From the NCBI GenBank assembly GCA_947594845.1, contig CANQEI010000001.1, positions 39,715 through 103,714 on the forward strand: a stretch of DNA of 64,000 nucleotides, written 5' to 3'. The first letter of the stretch is position 1; each line of letters starts with the position of its first letter. Below are positions 1 through 9,168 of this stretch, piece after piece. The notes beneath the pieces were generated by a model that did not search any database, was not told the origin of the DNA, and saw only the letters and a list, made by a program, of their open reading frames with translations. A program made the translations under genes and the position numbers. Source of the DNA: an uncultured Clostridia bacterium. GTDB taxonomy: Bacteria > Bacillota > Clostridia > TANB77 > CAG-508.

Positions 1-200
1 ATTACTATTTGGATGCTGATGAGAAAAAGAAGGCTAAAGAATGTTATGAATTTGTGGTTAGAAGTGCATCTGGACATGGTTTATTAGGGGAACAAGTTAA
101 TAATGAAAGTATGAAGCCTTCATGGATTATTGGACTTACTTGGTCTCATGCTATGTTTATTTCTACTACAATGAGATTTTCTAAATTAGGAATTTTATAA
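1..200 (+). CDS. 3' end of an upstream gene (partial); hypothetical protein
   Basis: Open frame runs in from the window edge (frame of position 3) to the stop at 198-200; no recognisable motif. Confidence 0.3.
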   Translation, partial: YYLDADEKKKAKECYEFVVRSASGHGLLGEQVNNESMKPSWIIGLTWSHAMFISTTMRFSKLGIL

Positions 201-392
201 AATTTTTACCAATTAAAATAAAAATTTTTATAAATTTATAATAAAAAATCCTATGAATTATAATAAAATTTTATAAATTTATGATAAAAAATTTTTACCA
301 ATTAAAATAAAAATTTTTATGAATTTATAATAAAAAATCCTATAAATTAAAATAAAAATTTTATAAATTTATTATAAAAAATTTTTATGAAC
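201..392. repeat. AT-rich tandem duplication, ~88-bp unit x2 plus partial third copy
   Basis: Unit 'aatttttaccaattaaaataaaaatttttat[a/g]aatttataataaaaaatcctat...' recurs at 201-288 and 291-~378 with few substitutions; the start of the unit recurs again at 377-392. Confidence 0.5.
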
Positions 393-454
393 AACAAAAA
401 TTATATAACTAGACAATTTTAAAAATATTTTATAAGGATTGCATTCCAATTTTT

Positions 455-532
455 ACAGCTTCTAAAATAAATTTAAATGAGCCTCTTCGCGGTTGGAACG
501 CGCATCCTCATTTAAATTTCTAAAGAAGCTGT
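455..532. other. Long near-perfect inverted repeat (26-27 bp arms, 25-nt GC-rich loop) upstream of radA
   Basis: Left arm 455-481 'acagcttctaaaataaatttaaatgag' is the reverse complement of right arm 507-532 'ctcatttaaatttctaaagaagctgt' except for one bulge. Loop 482-506 'cctcttcgcggttggaacgcgcatc' has an internal gcg/cgc mini-hairpin. No T-run follows. Confidence 0.5.
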
Positions 533-627
533 ACAAAATTTACATTTATACTTAAAAATATTTTAAAAATTGTTTAGTTATATAAATATTTATTAGATAT
601 AAAATTTTTTAGAAAGGATGTGTAATT

Positions 628-1989
628 TTGCCTAAAACTAGTACAGTGTTTTTTTGTAATTCTTGTGGTTATGAATCTACTAAATGGTTAGGAAAATGTC
701 CTGCTTGTAATGAATGGAATACTTTTGTAGAAGAAAAGGTTGTAAAACAAAGCAATTCAAAAAATTCAATTATTAAAAAAAGCTCAGAGGTATTACCATT
801 AAAAAATATTGAACAAATAAAAATTTCTCGTATTAAATCTGGATTTGATGAACTAGATAGGGTGCTAGGTGGAGGATTTGTAAATGGATCTCTTACTTTA
901 TTAGGAGGAGAGCCAGGTATTGGAAAATCAACTTTGATATTGCAAATATGTGATAGAGTAAATGTTGATGGAAAAGTTTTATATATTTCAGGAGAAGAGT
1001 CTGCAGAACAAATAAAAATAAGAGCTGATAGGTTAAATATAAAAAATGATAATATTATGTTTTTAGGGGAAACTGATATTAATTTAATAGAAGATACTAT
1101 TGAGAAGGTTGAACCTAAATTTGTAATAATTGATTCTATTCAAACAATGTATTCTGATGAAATAACTTCAGCTCCTGGTAGTGTAAGTCAAGTAAGAGAA
1201 ATTACTGCGAGAATAATGAAAATGTGCAAAATGAAAAATATTACGACAGTTATAATTGGACATGTTACTAAAGATGGTACTATTGCTGGACCTAGAGTGT
1301 TGGAACATATGGTAGATACTGTTTTATATATTGAAGGGGAAAGATATTTTGCGTATAGGGTATTGCGTGGAGTTAAAAATAGATTTGGTTCTACAAATGA
1401 AATTGGTATGTTTGAGATGAGAAATGAAGGTATGGTAGAAATATCTAATCCTTCAAGTGTTTTAATTTCTGAAAGAGAGGGGAATCCTGCTGGGTCAGTT
1501 ATTGTTGCAAGCCTTGAGGGGACAAGACCAATTTTAATTGAACTACAAGCGCTTACTTCAACAACTGTATTTGGGTTACCAAGAAGAACGGCAAATGGTA
1601 TTGATTATAATAGGGTAACTTTGTTAATAGCTGTTTTAGAAAAAATAGGTGGGGTTAATCTAAGTAACCAGGATGTTTATATGAATATTGTTGGTGGAAT
1701 AAAAATTAATGAACCAGCATTAGATTTAGGTATAATTATGGCAGCGGCTTCTAGTTATAAAAATATAAGTATTCCTAATGATGTGGCTGTTATTGGTGAA
1801 GTTGGATTGACTGGAGAAATAAGATCTGTAAACATGATTGATAAAAGGCTTAAAGAACTGGAAAAAATGGGATTTAAGAAATGCATTATTCCAGAAAGTA
1901 ATAAAAAAGTATTGAAAGAAAACTTTAAATTAGATATAATTGGTTGCAAAGATATTATGGATGCTATGAAAATATTAAAACTCAAGTAG
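628..1989 (+). CDS. radA: DNA repair protein RadA (Sms)
   Basis: N-terminal C4 zinc finger (CNSCGYES...CPACNEW), Walker A 'GGEPGIGKST', and a Lon-like C-terminal domain. TTG start with GGA RBS; 453 aa. Confidence 0.9.
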   Translation: MPKTSTVFFCNSCGYESTKWLGKCPACNEWNTFVEEKVVKQSNSKNSIIKKSSEVLPLKNIEQIKISRIKSGFDELDRVLGGGFVNGSLTLLGGEPGIGKSTLILQICDRVNVDGKVLYISGEESAEQIKIRADRLNIKNDNIMFLGETDINLIEDTIEKVEPKFVIIDSIQTMYSDEITSAPGSVSQVREITARIMKMCKMKNITTVIIGHVTKDGTIAGPRVLEHMVDTVLYIEGERYFAYRVLRGVKNRFGSTNEIGMFEMRNEGMVEISNPSSVLISEREGNPAGSVIVASLEGTRPILIELQALTSTTVFGLPRRTANGIDYNRVTLLIAVLEKIGGVNLSNQDVYMNIVGGIKINEPALDLGIIMAAASSYKNISIPNDVAVIGEVGLTGEIRSVNMIDKRLKELEKMGFKKCIIPESNKKVLKENFKLDIIGCKDIMDAMKILKLK

Positions 1990-2052
1990 AAAATGATATT
2001 AGTAAATTGTCATTTTTGAAATGTTTTAAGCAGAAGGAAGGAATTGAGTAAA

Positions 2053-2937
2053 ATGAATAAAACTAAAGTAAAGAATATAGCACTTGGATTAATTATAATT
2101 GTACTTATTGCTGCTATTGTGTTAGCAGTACTTGATATTGTTTTTTCTAAAGTAGATAAAAAGCAAAATCCAATAGTAACAATGGAAGTAGAAGGATATG
2201 GGACAATAAAAATAGAATTATATCCAGATGTTGCTCCTAATACTGTAAAGAATTTTATAAAGTTAGCACAAAATGGATTTTATAATGGAAAGACTTTTAA
2301 CGATATTGAAGATGGCTTAGTTCGTGGAGGAGCTGTTAAAGAGGAGAGTGTTAGCGAATCAACTGGAGAGAAAACTACAAAAGTTACAGGACCTAAATTA
2401 AGTAATATAAAAACACTAGCAGAAGGTGAAGAAGATATATATTACTCAATAGAGGGTGAATTCATGGAAAATGGATTTGACGATAATAACTTATCTCATC
2501 AAAGAGGAGTTATTTCAATGTATAGAAAATCTACTAGTCTATATCAACAAGAAATAGCTATGATTCAAATGATGGGATATAGTGATGCATTAGAGCCAAT
2601 AGTAAATAATTTAAATAATTCACAAACATCACAATTCTTTATTTTAACTGAAGATAATACAGGATTTAATGGATTATTTGCAGCATTTGGTAGAGTTACA
2701 GAAGGAATGGATGTTGTTGATGCAATATCAAAAATAGAGTTAAAACAATTAACTTCTGATTCTGGAGAAGATTATGAGTCAACTGAACCAGTAAATCCAC
2801 CTGTAATATCAAATGTTTCTGTTGATACTTTTGGAGTAGATTATGGAGAACCAGAAACAATTGAAGCATATGATTTTGATGAATTCTTTGATTCTATCAT
2901 GTCAATGTTTATGCAATCTTCAAGTTACTCATATTAA
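2053..2937 (+). CDS. Membrane-anchored cyclophilin-type peptidyl-prolyl cis-trans isomerase with acidic C-terminal tail
   Basis: N-terminal TM helix (IALGLIIIVLIAAIVLAVL). Cyclophilin blocks 'FYNGKTFNDIEDGLVRGG' and 'SQFFIL...FGRVTEGMDVVDAI'. ATG at 2053 is preferred over the in-frame TTG at 2044, which lies too close to the AGGAAGG RBS. Confidence 0.7.
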   Translation: MNKTKVKNIALGLIIIVLIAAIVLAVLDIVFSKVDKKQNPIVTMEVEGYGTIKIELYPDVAPNTVKNFIKLAQNGFYNGKTFNDIEDGLVRGGAVKEESVSESTGEKTTKVTGPKLSNIKTLAEGEEDIYYSIEGEFMENGFDDNNLSHQRGVISMYRKSTSLYQQEIAMIQMMGYSDALEPIVNNLNNSQTSQFFILTEDNTGFNGLFAAFGRVTEGMDVVDAISKIELKQLTSDSGEDYESTEPVNPPVISNVSVDTFGVDYGEPETIEAYDFDEFFDSIMSMFMQSSSYSY

Positions 2938-2947
2938 TAAAAAAGTT

Positions 2948-2982
2948 GGCGCTCTTTTAATTTGAAAAGAGCGTTTTTTTAT
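2948..2982 (+). terminator. Rho-independent terminator
   Basis: Hairpin 'gcgctcttttaatttgaaaagagcg' followed by a T-run. Confidence 0.6.
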
Positions 2983-3167
2983 GCTATAAGTTTTGAAAAA
3001 ATATTAAATATGTGGAAAAACAACTAGAAATATTAATCTTAGCTGTATATTGAATAGTTTAATGTGGATAATTTACTCAAAAAACTAAAATGTAAAGCAA
3101 AAATACTTGACAAATTCACAAAAATGTTGTAAAGTATAAAAGCATTACAAAAAAGGAAGTGGTTATC

Positions 3168-3515
3168 ATGGAGAAAAATGTTAAGATGAGTATACTTTGC
3201 CAAATATATGGCAAATTGCTAACTGAAAAACAATTTATGCTTCTAGATGATTACTATAACAATGATTTATCTTTATCCGAAATTGCTGAGAACTATGATA
3301 TAACTAGACAAGCGGTTAGAGATAATTTGAAAAAGGGGGAAAATAAACTTTTCGAATACGAAGAAAAGCTAGGAATTATGAAAAAGACAATGGCACAAGA
3401 AGAAAAAATAGCTATTATTTTATCAGAAATTACTAAAATAAAAGCAAAATCTTCAGATAAAGAAGTTGGAAAAATTCTTGAACGTATTAGAACAGAATTA
3501 AATTGTTTAGTCTAA
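3168..3515 (+). CDS. ylxM: YlxM/p13-like helix-turn-helix protein (UPF0122), SRP operon partner
   Basis: Sits immediately upstream of ffh. N-terminus 'MEKNVKMSILCQIYGKLLTEKQ' follows the YlxM pattern. ATG at 3168 lies 9 nt downstream of the AAGGAAG RBS, so the in-frame GTG at 3159 is disfavoured. Confidence 0.8.
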   Translation: MEKNVKMSILCQIYGKLLTEKQFMLLDDYYNNDLSLSEIAENYDITRQAVRDNLKKGENKLFEYEEKLGIMKKTMAQEEKIAIILSEITKIKAKSSDKEVGKILERIRTELNCLV

Positions 3516-3537
3516 AAATATTTAAGGAGGTAAACAA

Positions 3538-4902
3538 ATGGCTTTTGAAGGTTTATCATCAAGACTACAAGAAATAACTAGGAAACTAAGAGGCAAAGCA
3601 AGAATTACAGAGAGCGACTTAAAAGATGTTTTAAAAGAAGTTAAGTTCGCTTTATTGGAAGCTGATGTTAATTATAAGATTGTAAAAGATTTTATAAAGG
3701 TAATAGAAGAAAAAGCTGTAGGTCAAGATGTCCTTAAGTCATTAACTCCTGGGCAACAAGTTGTAAAAATAGTTAAAGATGAATTAGTAGACTTATTGGG
3801 TGGTGAAGAAAGTAAAATTTCTTTTTCATCAAATCCGCCAACAATAATAATGCTTGTTGGATTACAAGGGTCTGGTAAGACAACAACTGCTGGAAAACTT
3901 GCAAATTTAATACGTAAACAAGGAAAAAATCCTCTATTAGTTGCGTGTGATGTTTATAGACCTGCAGCAATTAAGCAGTTGCAAGTAGTTGGAAAACAAT
4001 TAAATGTACCTGTTTATGCAAATGAGCAGACTAAGGATGTTGTACAAATAGCTAAACAAGCTATAAATATTGCTATTTCAAAATTAAATGATGTCATTAT
4101 ATTAGATACTGCTGGTAGACTACATATTGATGAAGAACTAATGCAAGAATTAAAAAATATTAAGACAAGTGTTAAGCCACATGAAATATTATTGGTTGTT
4201 GATTCAATGACAGGTCAAGATGCAGTTAATGTTGCAGAAAGTTTTTCAAACAATTTGGGAATAGATGGCGTTGTTCTTACAAAATTGGATGGCGATACTA
4301 GAGGCGGTGCTGCATTATCAGTTAAGAAAATTACTGGAAAGCCAATAAAATTTGCAGCTACTGGTGAAAAATTGAGCGATATAGAAGAATTTCATCCAGA
4401 AAGAATGGCATCAAGGATTTTAGGTATGGGAGATGTTCTTTCAATTATTGAAAAAGCTGAAGAGACATTTGATCAAGAAGAAGCTTTAAAAATGGAAGAG
4501 AAGCTTCGTAAACAAAAATTTGATTTAGAAGATTATTTAGCTCAATTAAGACAGATGAAAAAAATGGGTTCATTTTCATCTATATTAAAAATGTTACCAG
4601 GCATGGGAGCTTTAAAAAATATTAAAGTTGATGATAAAGAATTTGATAAGGTTGAAGCTATAATATGTTCTATGACATTAGAAGAAAGAAGAAATCCTAA
4701 AATTCTAAATGGAAGTAGAAGATTAAGAATTGCCAAAGGTAGTGGAACTCAAGTGCAAGATATTAATAAATTTATGAATTCTTTTGAAATGACACAAAAA
4801 ATGATGAAAAAATTAACAGGAAATAAAGGTGCCATGAAAAAGATGATGAAAGGATTAGATGAAGGAAATCTTGATTTAAAAGATTTTACTAATCTAAAAT
4901 AA
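3538..4902 (+). CDS. ffh: Signal recognition particle protein Ffh
   Basis: NG domain with 'GLQGSGKTTT' and 'DTAGR' motifs and a Met-rich M domain; strong RBS 'aaggagg'. Confidence 0.95.
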   Translation: MAFEGLSSRLQEITRKLRGKARITESDLKDVLKEVKFALLEADVNYKIVKDFIKVIEEKAVGQDVLKSLTPGQQVVKIVKDELVDLLGGEESKISFSSNPPTIIMLVGLQGSGKTTTAGKLANLIRKQGKNPLLVACDVYRPAAIKQLQVVGKQLNVPVYANEQTKDVVQIAKQAINIAISKLNDVIILDTAGRLHIDEELMQELKNIKTSVKPHEILLVVDSMTGQDAVNVAESFSNNLGIDGVVLTKLDGDTRGGAALSVKKITGKPIKFAATGEKLSDIEEFHPERMASRILGMGDVLSIIEKAEETFDQEEALKMEEKLRKQKFDLEDYLAQLRQMKKMGSFSSILKMLPGMGALKNIKVDDKEFDKVEAIICSMTLEERRNPKILNGSRRLRIAKGSGTQVQDINKFMNSFEMTQKMMKKLTGNKGAMKKMMKGLDEGNLDLKDFTNLK

Positions 4903-4958
4903 CAAGTTATTAACTTTTTTAGTTTATATAAATAATAAAATTATCAGGGGGTGAATTT

Positions 4959-5192
4959 ATGGTAAAAATAAGATTACAAAGAGTTGGAAAGAAAAAAGCT
5001 CCTTTTTACCACATAGTTGTTGCAGATTCTAGAAGAGCTAGAGATGGAAGAATTATTGAAAAGGTAGGAACATATGATCCTATGACAGATCCTACAACTG
5101 TAGTTCTAAATAAAGAATTAGTTGAAAAATGGATTAAAAATGGTGCAAAACCAACTGATACAGTTAAAAGACTTATTGATGAAACAAAATAA
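4959..5192 (+). CDS. rpsP: 30S ribosomal protein S16
   Basis: '[25 protein letters not shown]' is canonical S16; RBS 'agggggtg'. Confidence 0.95.
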   Translation: MVKIRLQRVGKKKAPFYHIVVADSRRARDGRIIEKVGTYDPMTDPTTVVLNKELVEKWIKNGAKPTDTVKRLIDETK

Positions 5193-5227
5193 TTTTCTTT
5201 ACTCTAAAAAATTAGGAGGCTAAATCA

Positions 5228-5458
5228 GTGAAAGAAATTTTAGAGATAATGATAAAAAACCTTGTTCAAGATACTGATGCTGTATCTATAGAAGAGATTA
5301 CTCAAAATGATGAATTAAAATATGAAGTTAGAGTTGCTCAAAAAGATATGGGAAGAGTTATTGGAAAAAGAGGTAAAGTTGCACAATCAATTAGAACAGT
5401 TATAAAAGCTGTTGCTGCTAAAGAAAACAAAAAAGTAGTAGTTGAATTTATTGATTAG
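5228..5458 (+). CDS. khpA: KH-domain RNA-binding protein (KhpA/YlqC family)
   Basis: KH GXXG loop 'VIGKRGKVAQSIR'. Conserved position between rpsP and rimM. GTG start with AGGAGG RBS. Confidence 0.8.
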   Translation: MKEILEIMIKNLVQDTDAVSIEEITQNDELKYEVRVAQKDMGRVIGKRGKVAQSIRTVIKAVAAKENKKVVVEFID

Positions 5459-5467
5459 GAAAATAAA

Positions 5468-5977
5468 ATGCAAGATTATTTTGAAATTGGTCAGATAGTT
5501 AATACATCAGGTTTAAATGGATTTGTAAAAGTAAATCTTTTTACTGATAGTTTAACTAAGATTGAAGAATTTGAAAAAGTTTTAATCGAAAAAGATAAAA
5601 AATTAATAGAATATGAAATTGAAAAAGTGAGATATAATAAAAATCAAGCTTTAATCAAATTTAAAGGAATTGACACTATAGAGGCTGCTGAAACTTTTAG
5701 AAATTGCTTTTTAAAGGTTCATAGAAGTAGCGAAAAACAACTTCCTGAAGATACATATTATATTGTTGATTTGATAGGTCTTGATGTTTATTTAGATACT
5801 GGAGAAAAATTAGGAACTTTGAAAGAAGTTTTTCCGGTTGCTTCAGGAAATCATGATATATATGTTGTGAAGACTGAAGAAAAAGATGTACTATTACCTG
5901 CAATTGGAGATGTTATAAAAGAAGTTAATATTGAAGAAAATAAGATGATTGTACACTTATTAAATGGATTAGTTTAA
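5468..5977 (+). CDS. rimM: 16S rRNA processing protein RimM
   Basis: Conserved operon position and PRC-barrel-like C-terminus; 169 aa. Confidence 0.85.
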   Translation: MQDYFEIGQIVNTSGLNGFVKVNLFTDSLTKIEEFEKVLIEKDKKLIEYEIEKVRYNKNQALIKFKGIDTIEAAETFRNCFLKVHRSSEKQLPEDTYYIVDLIGLDVYLDTGEKLGTLKEVFPVASGNHDIYVVKTEEKDVLLPAIGDVIKEVNIEENKMIVHLLNGLV

Positions 5978-5989
5978 AAGAGGTTTTTA

Positions 5990-6712
5990 ATGAAATTTGA
6001 TGTATTAACATTGTTTCCAGAAATGTTTGAACCACTTAAACAAAGTATTATAAAAAGGGCAAGTGAAAAAGAACTTATTAATATTAATTTAATTAATATT
6101 AGAGATTTTTCACAAGATAAACACAATAAAGTTGATGATACACCATATGGTGGTGGGGCAGGAATGCTTATAAGACCAGATGTTGTTGATAGAGCATATA
6201 ATTCAGTTAAAAGTGAAAATGCAAAAGTGATTTATCTTTCACCACAGGGAAAAAAATTAAATCAAAAAAAGGTAAAAGAGTTATCTATGGAAGATCATTT
6301 GATATTACTTTGTGGTCATTATGAAGGCATTGACCAGAGAGTAATTGATAAGATTGTGGATGATGAAATATCTATTGGAGATTATGTTTTGACAGGTGGA
6401 GAAATCCCTGCAATGGTACTTATAGATAGTGTTAGTAGATATGTAGAAGGAGTTTTATCAAAAGATTCAATTAGTGAAGAATCTTTTTCGAATGGAATTT
6501 TAGAGTACCCACAATATACAAGACCAGAAATATTTGATAATGTAAGAGTGCCAGAAGTTTTGATTTCTGGACATCATAAAAATATCAATAAATGGAGAAG
6601 ACAAAAGTCTTTAGAAAATACTTTTTATAAAAGACCAGAATTGTTAGAAAATATAGCGCTAACAGATGAAGAAAAAGGCTATATAGAAAATTTAAAGAAG
6701 GAGGTCCAATAA
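5990..6712 (+). CDS. trmD: tRNA (guanine37-N1)-methyltransferase TrmD
   Basis: '[11 protein letters not shown]...YGGGAGM' is the SPOUT TrmD signature. Confidence 0.95.
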   Translation: MKFDVLTLFPEMFEPLKQSIIKRASEKELININLINIRDFSQDKHNKVDDTPYGGGAGMLIRPDVVDRAYNSVKSENAKVIYLSPQGKKLNQKKVKELSMEDHLILLCGHYEGIDQRVIDKIVDDEISIGDYVLTGGEIPAMVLIDSVSRYVEGVLSKDSISEESFSNGILEYPQYTRPEIFDNVRVPEVLISGHHKNINKWRRQKSLENTFYKRPELLENIALTDEEKGYIENLKKEVQ

Positions 6713-6713
6713 T

Positions 6714-7235
6714 ATGGATATTATTAAATCAATAGAACATGAACAACTTAAGAATAAGATTCCAGAATTACGTGTTGGTGATACTGTTAAAGTTCATGCA
6801 AAAGTAAAAGAAGGAAATAGAGAAAGAATCCAAGTATTTGAAGGAATTATAATAAAAAAACAAGGTGGAGGAGTTAATGAAACATTTACAGTAAGAAGAA
6901 TTTCTTATGGTGTAGGCGTTGAAAAAACATTCTTAGTTCATTCACCAAACGTTGAAAAGGTTGAAGTAACTAGAGTAGGTAAAGCTAGAAGAGCAAAATT
7001 ATATTACTTAAGAGATAGAGTTGGTAAATCTGCTAAGACTAAAGAAAAAGTTGGAGCAAGAATTGAGACTAGAGAAATTACTGTTAAAGAAGAAGTAGTA
7101 CCTGGAGAAAACGAAGTTACTGAAGAAGTAGAAGAAGTTGTTCCAGAAGTAGTAGAAGAAGCTGTTGTTGAAGAAGCTAAAGTAGAAGAAAAAACAGAAG
7201 AAAAAGTAGAAGAAAAGAAAGAAGACAAAGAATAA
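6714..7235 (+). CDS. rplS: 50S ribosomal protein L19 with ~55-aa acidic E/V/K-rich C-terminal extension
   Basis: The first ~115 aa are canonical L19 (RVGDTVKVH...[11 protein letters not shown]). The C-terminal tail '[38 protein letters not shown]' is low-complexity. Confidence 0.9.
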   Translation: MDIIKSIEHEQLKNKIPELRVGDTVKVHAKVKEGNRERIQVFEGIIIKKQGGGVNETFTVRRISYGVGVEKTFLVHSPNVEKVEVTRVGKARRAKLYYLRDRVGKSAKTKEKVGARIETREITVKEEVVPGENEVTEEVEEVVPEVVEEAVVEEAKVEEKTEEKVEEKKEDKE

Positions 7236-7249
7236 TTTGTATTTGAAAA

Positions 7250-7277
7250 GGCTACCTATTAGGTAGCCTTTTTAGTT
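7250..7277 (+). terminator. Rho-independent terminator of the trmD-rplS operon
   Basis: Hairpin 'ggctacctattaggtagcc' followed by a T-run. Confidence 0.7.
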
Positions 7278-7463
7278 TATTAATAGCTGTATAAGAGATA
7301 GTTATATTGAGATTATAAAATAAAATTTTATAAACTGGAAAATCTGTTGTAAAATAGAATTTTCGGTTTATTTTTTTCGCTATATAATATTTTGTTGCGT
7401 AACGTAAAATTAATTATGGACATATAATAAACTATAAACTGATTTACGATAAGGAGCTAAAAA

Positions 7464-7961
7464 ATGAATGGAAAAACCAAAGTAACAATAGGAATAGTAT
7501 TATTAATTGTAATTTTTGCTATGTCTGTTGCATATTCTGCATTTGCTACAGAACTAAAATTTAATGGAACTGCAGAAATTGTTGGAGAATGGGATATAAG
7601 AATAATTGATATTAAAGCTATTAGCATCTCTGAAGGATGTGATGCTGGAAAGCCACAATATACTAATACTAGTGCAACATTTGATGCAAAATTAGTAAAG
7701 CCTGGAGATGCAATAACATATGAAGTAACAATTAAAAATGCTGGTACAATTGATGCAACTTTAAGTACAGTAATTTTTAAAGAACAAGAAAATGGGTCAG
7801 AAGCTATTAAATATTCAACTACGGAACTGGCTAGTAGTTTAAATGCTGGAGAACAGACAAGTTTTACAATAACACTTGAATATGATTCAGAAATAACAGA
7901 AATGCCATCTATAAAAAATAAAACAATAATTGGCATTATAGAATATGTTCAGAGTAATTAG
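7464..7961 (+). CDS. Short secreted TasA/camelysin-like protein with SipW-cognate class signal peptide
   Basis: N-terminus 'MNGKTKVTIGIVLLIVIFAMSVAYSAFATE' fits the SipW-cognate signal pattern (K...hydrophobic...AY.AF.T). The mature region has a TasA-like block 'LVKPGDAITYEVTIKNAGTIDATL'. RBS 'aaggagc'. Confidence 0.65.
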   Translation: MNGKTKVTIGIVLLIVIFAMSVAYSAFATELKFNGTAEIVGEWDIRIIDIKAISISEGCDAGKPQYTNTSATFDAKLVKPGDAITYEVTIKNAGTIDATLSTVIFKEQENGSEAIKYSTTELASSLNAGEQTSFTITLEYDSEITEMPSIKNKTIIGIIEYVQSN

Positions 7962-7993
7962 TCAATAGAGAAGTTTTCCTTCTCTATTGATAA
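7962..7993 (+). other. Stem-loop between structural gene and sipW-fusion gene (possible partial terminator/attenuator)
   Basis: Hairpin 'caatagagaag ttttc cttctctattg' with no strong T-run behind it. Confidence 0.35.
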
Positions 7994-8002
7994 ATGTATT
8001 AA

Positions 8003-9154
8003 ATGGTGATGACATTTATGGAAAAATTAAAAAATAAAAATTTATTTATAATTATAGCAATATATTTGATAATAACAATTTTAGGAATGTTAAATAATGC
8101 TGAATTTTATAAAAACGTGATAAATCCAATATTTTGGTTTTTTATTTTAGTATATTGCCTAATAAACGGTTGCATAAAATGTAAAAGGGATACAAGAATT
8201 CAAATATATGCGATTTTATTTTCATGTTTTTATATTATTTTTTATTTTAGTTTAGGATGTAAGTTTGGATTTTCTAAAAGCCCATATAACCATAAATTTT
8301 TTATGATAATAAAAAATTGGCTTATACAAGTGATTCCCATAATTGGAATTGAGATTACAAAAGGTGTCTTAGTACAAAAAAATAAAAAAGTAATGGTTAT
8401 AATAATATTTATTGTTTTTATAATGCTAGAAATTAATTATTATACTATGTTTAATTTGATCTATGAAAAAGAAAATCTTATGAAATATATTTTTTCAAAT
8501 ATTTTATGTTTGATTGCTCAAAACTTGATTGCAATATATTTAGCAATTGAAAGTTCATATTCTTTTATATTAATTTTTAGAATATTGTTTAAATCTTTTT
8601 TTATAGTTTCACCAATTTTACCTAAACTTGATTGGTATATTGAAGGAACAATAGGAATACTAATTCCATTTTTTATTTACTTAGTTTTTCAACAGATATT
8701 GGCAAAAAAACGAAAGAGAAAAAACAATAAGGGGAGATTTAAAAATGCAATTTTTGTTTCGATATTTGTATTTTGTATTTGTCTGGTTTGCTTTATGACA
8801 GGAATATTTTCGTATGGGCCAATAGATATACTTTCGAATAGCATGTCTCCAACATTTAATAGAGGGGATGTTATTGTATTTTATAAGCCTAATGAGAATT
8901 ATTTAAAAAATATACCTAAATATTCAATTATTGTGTATAAGTTTAAAAATCAAAATATAACACATAGAGTTATTGAAAGAGTGAATAAAAATGGAGAAAT
9001 TTTGTATAGGACTAAAGGAGATAAAAACAATGTATCAGATAGGGAATTGGTAAAGATAAATCAAATAATGGGAATTTATAAATTCCATATAAAATATGTT
9101 GGTTTTCCTTCAATATGGTTGTATGAATATTTAAATCAACAAAGTATAAGATGA
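8003..9154 (+). CDS. sipW: Polytopic membrane protein fused to C-terminal SipW-type (archaeal/ER-type) signal peptidase I domain
   Basis: C-terminal ~110 aa carry SipW blocks 'SNSMSPTFNRGD', 'ITHRVIE' and 'RTKGDKNNVSD'. The N-terminal ~270 aa consist of roughly 8 hydrophobic helices, absent from the canonical ~190-aa SipW. The start (8003, 8009 or 8018) is uncertain. Confidence 0.7.
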   Translation: MVMTFMEKLKNKNLFIIIAIYLIITILGMLNNAEFYKNVINPIFWFFILVYCLINGCIKCKRDTRIQIYAILFSCFYIIFYFSLGCKFGFSKSPYNHKFFMIIKNWLIQVIPIIGIEITKGVLVQKNKKVMVIIIFIVFIMLEINYYTMFNLIYEKENLMKYIFSNILCLIAQNLIAIYLAIESSYSFILIFRILFKSFFIVSPILPKLDWYIEGTIGILIPFFIYLVFQQILAKKRKRKNNKGRFKNAIFVSIFVFCICLVCFMTGIFSYGPIDILSNSMSPTFNRGDVIVFYKPNENYLKNIPKYSIIVYKFKNQNITHRVIERVNKNGEILYRTKGDKNNVSDRELVKINQIMGIYKFHIKYVGFPSIWLYEYLNQQSIR

Positions 9155-9168
9155 AGTAGGTGGAGTAA

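Noticed and set aside
7457-7936. 159-aa antisense ORF opposite the TasA-like gene. Many other 60-140-aa antisense ORFs in the track are of the same kind, for example 1755-1985, 3773-3970, 25475-25699, 53422-53823 and 54529-54966.
   Set aside because: They lie opposite well-supported genes and have no RBS or motifs. These are typical AT-rich-genome shadow ORFs.
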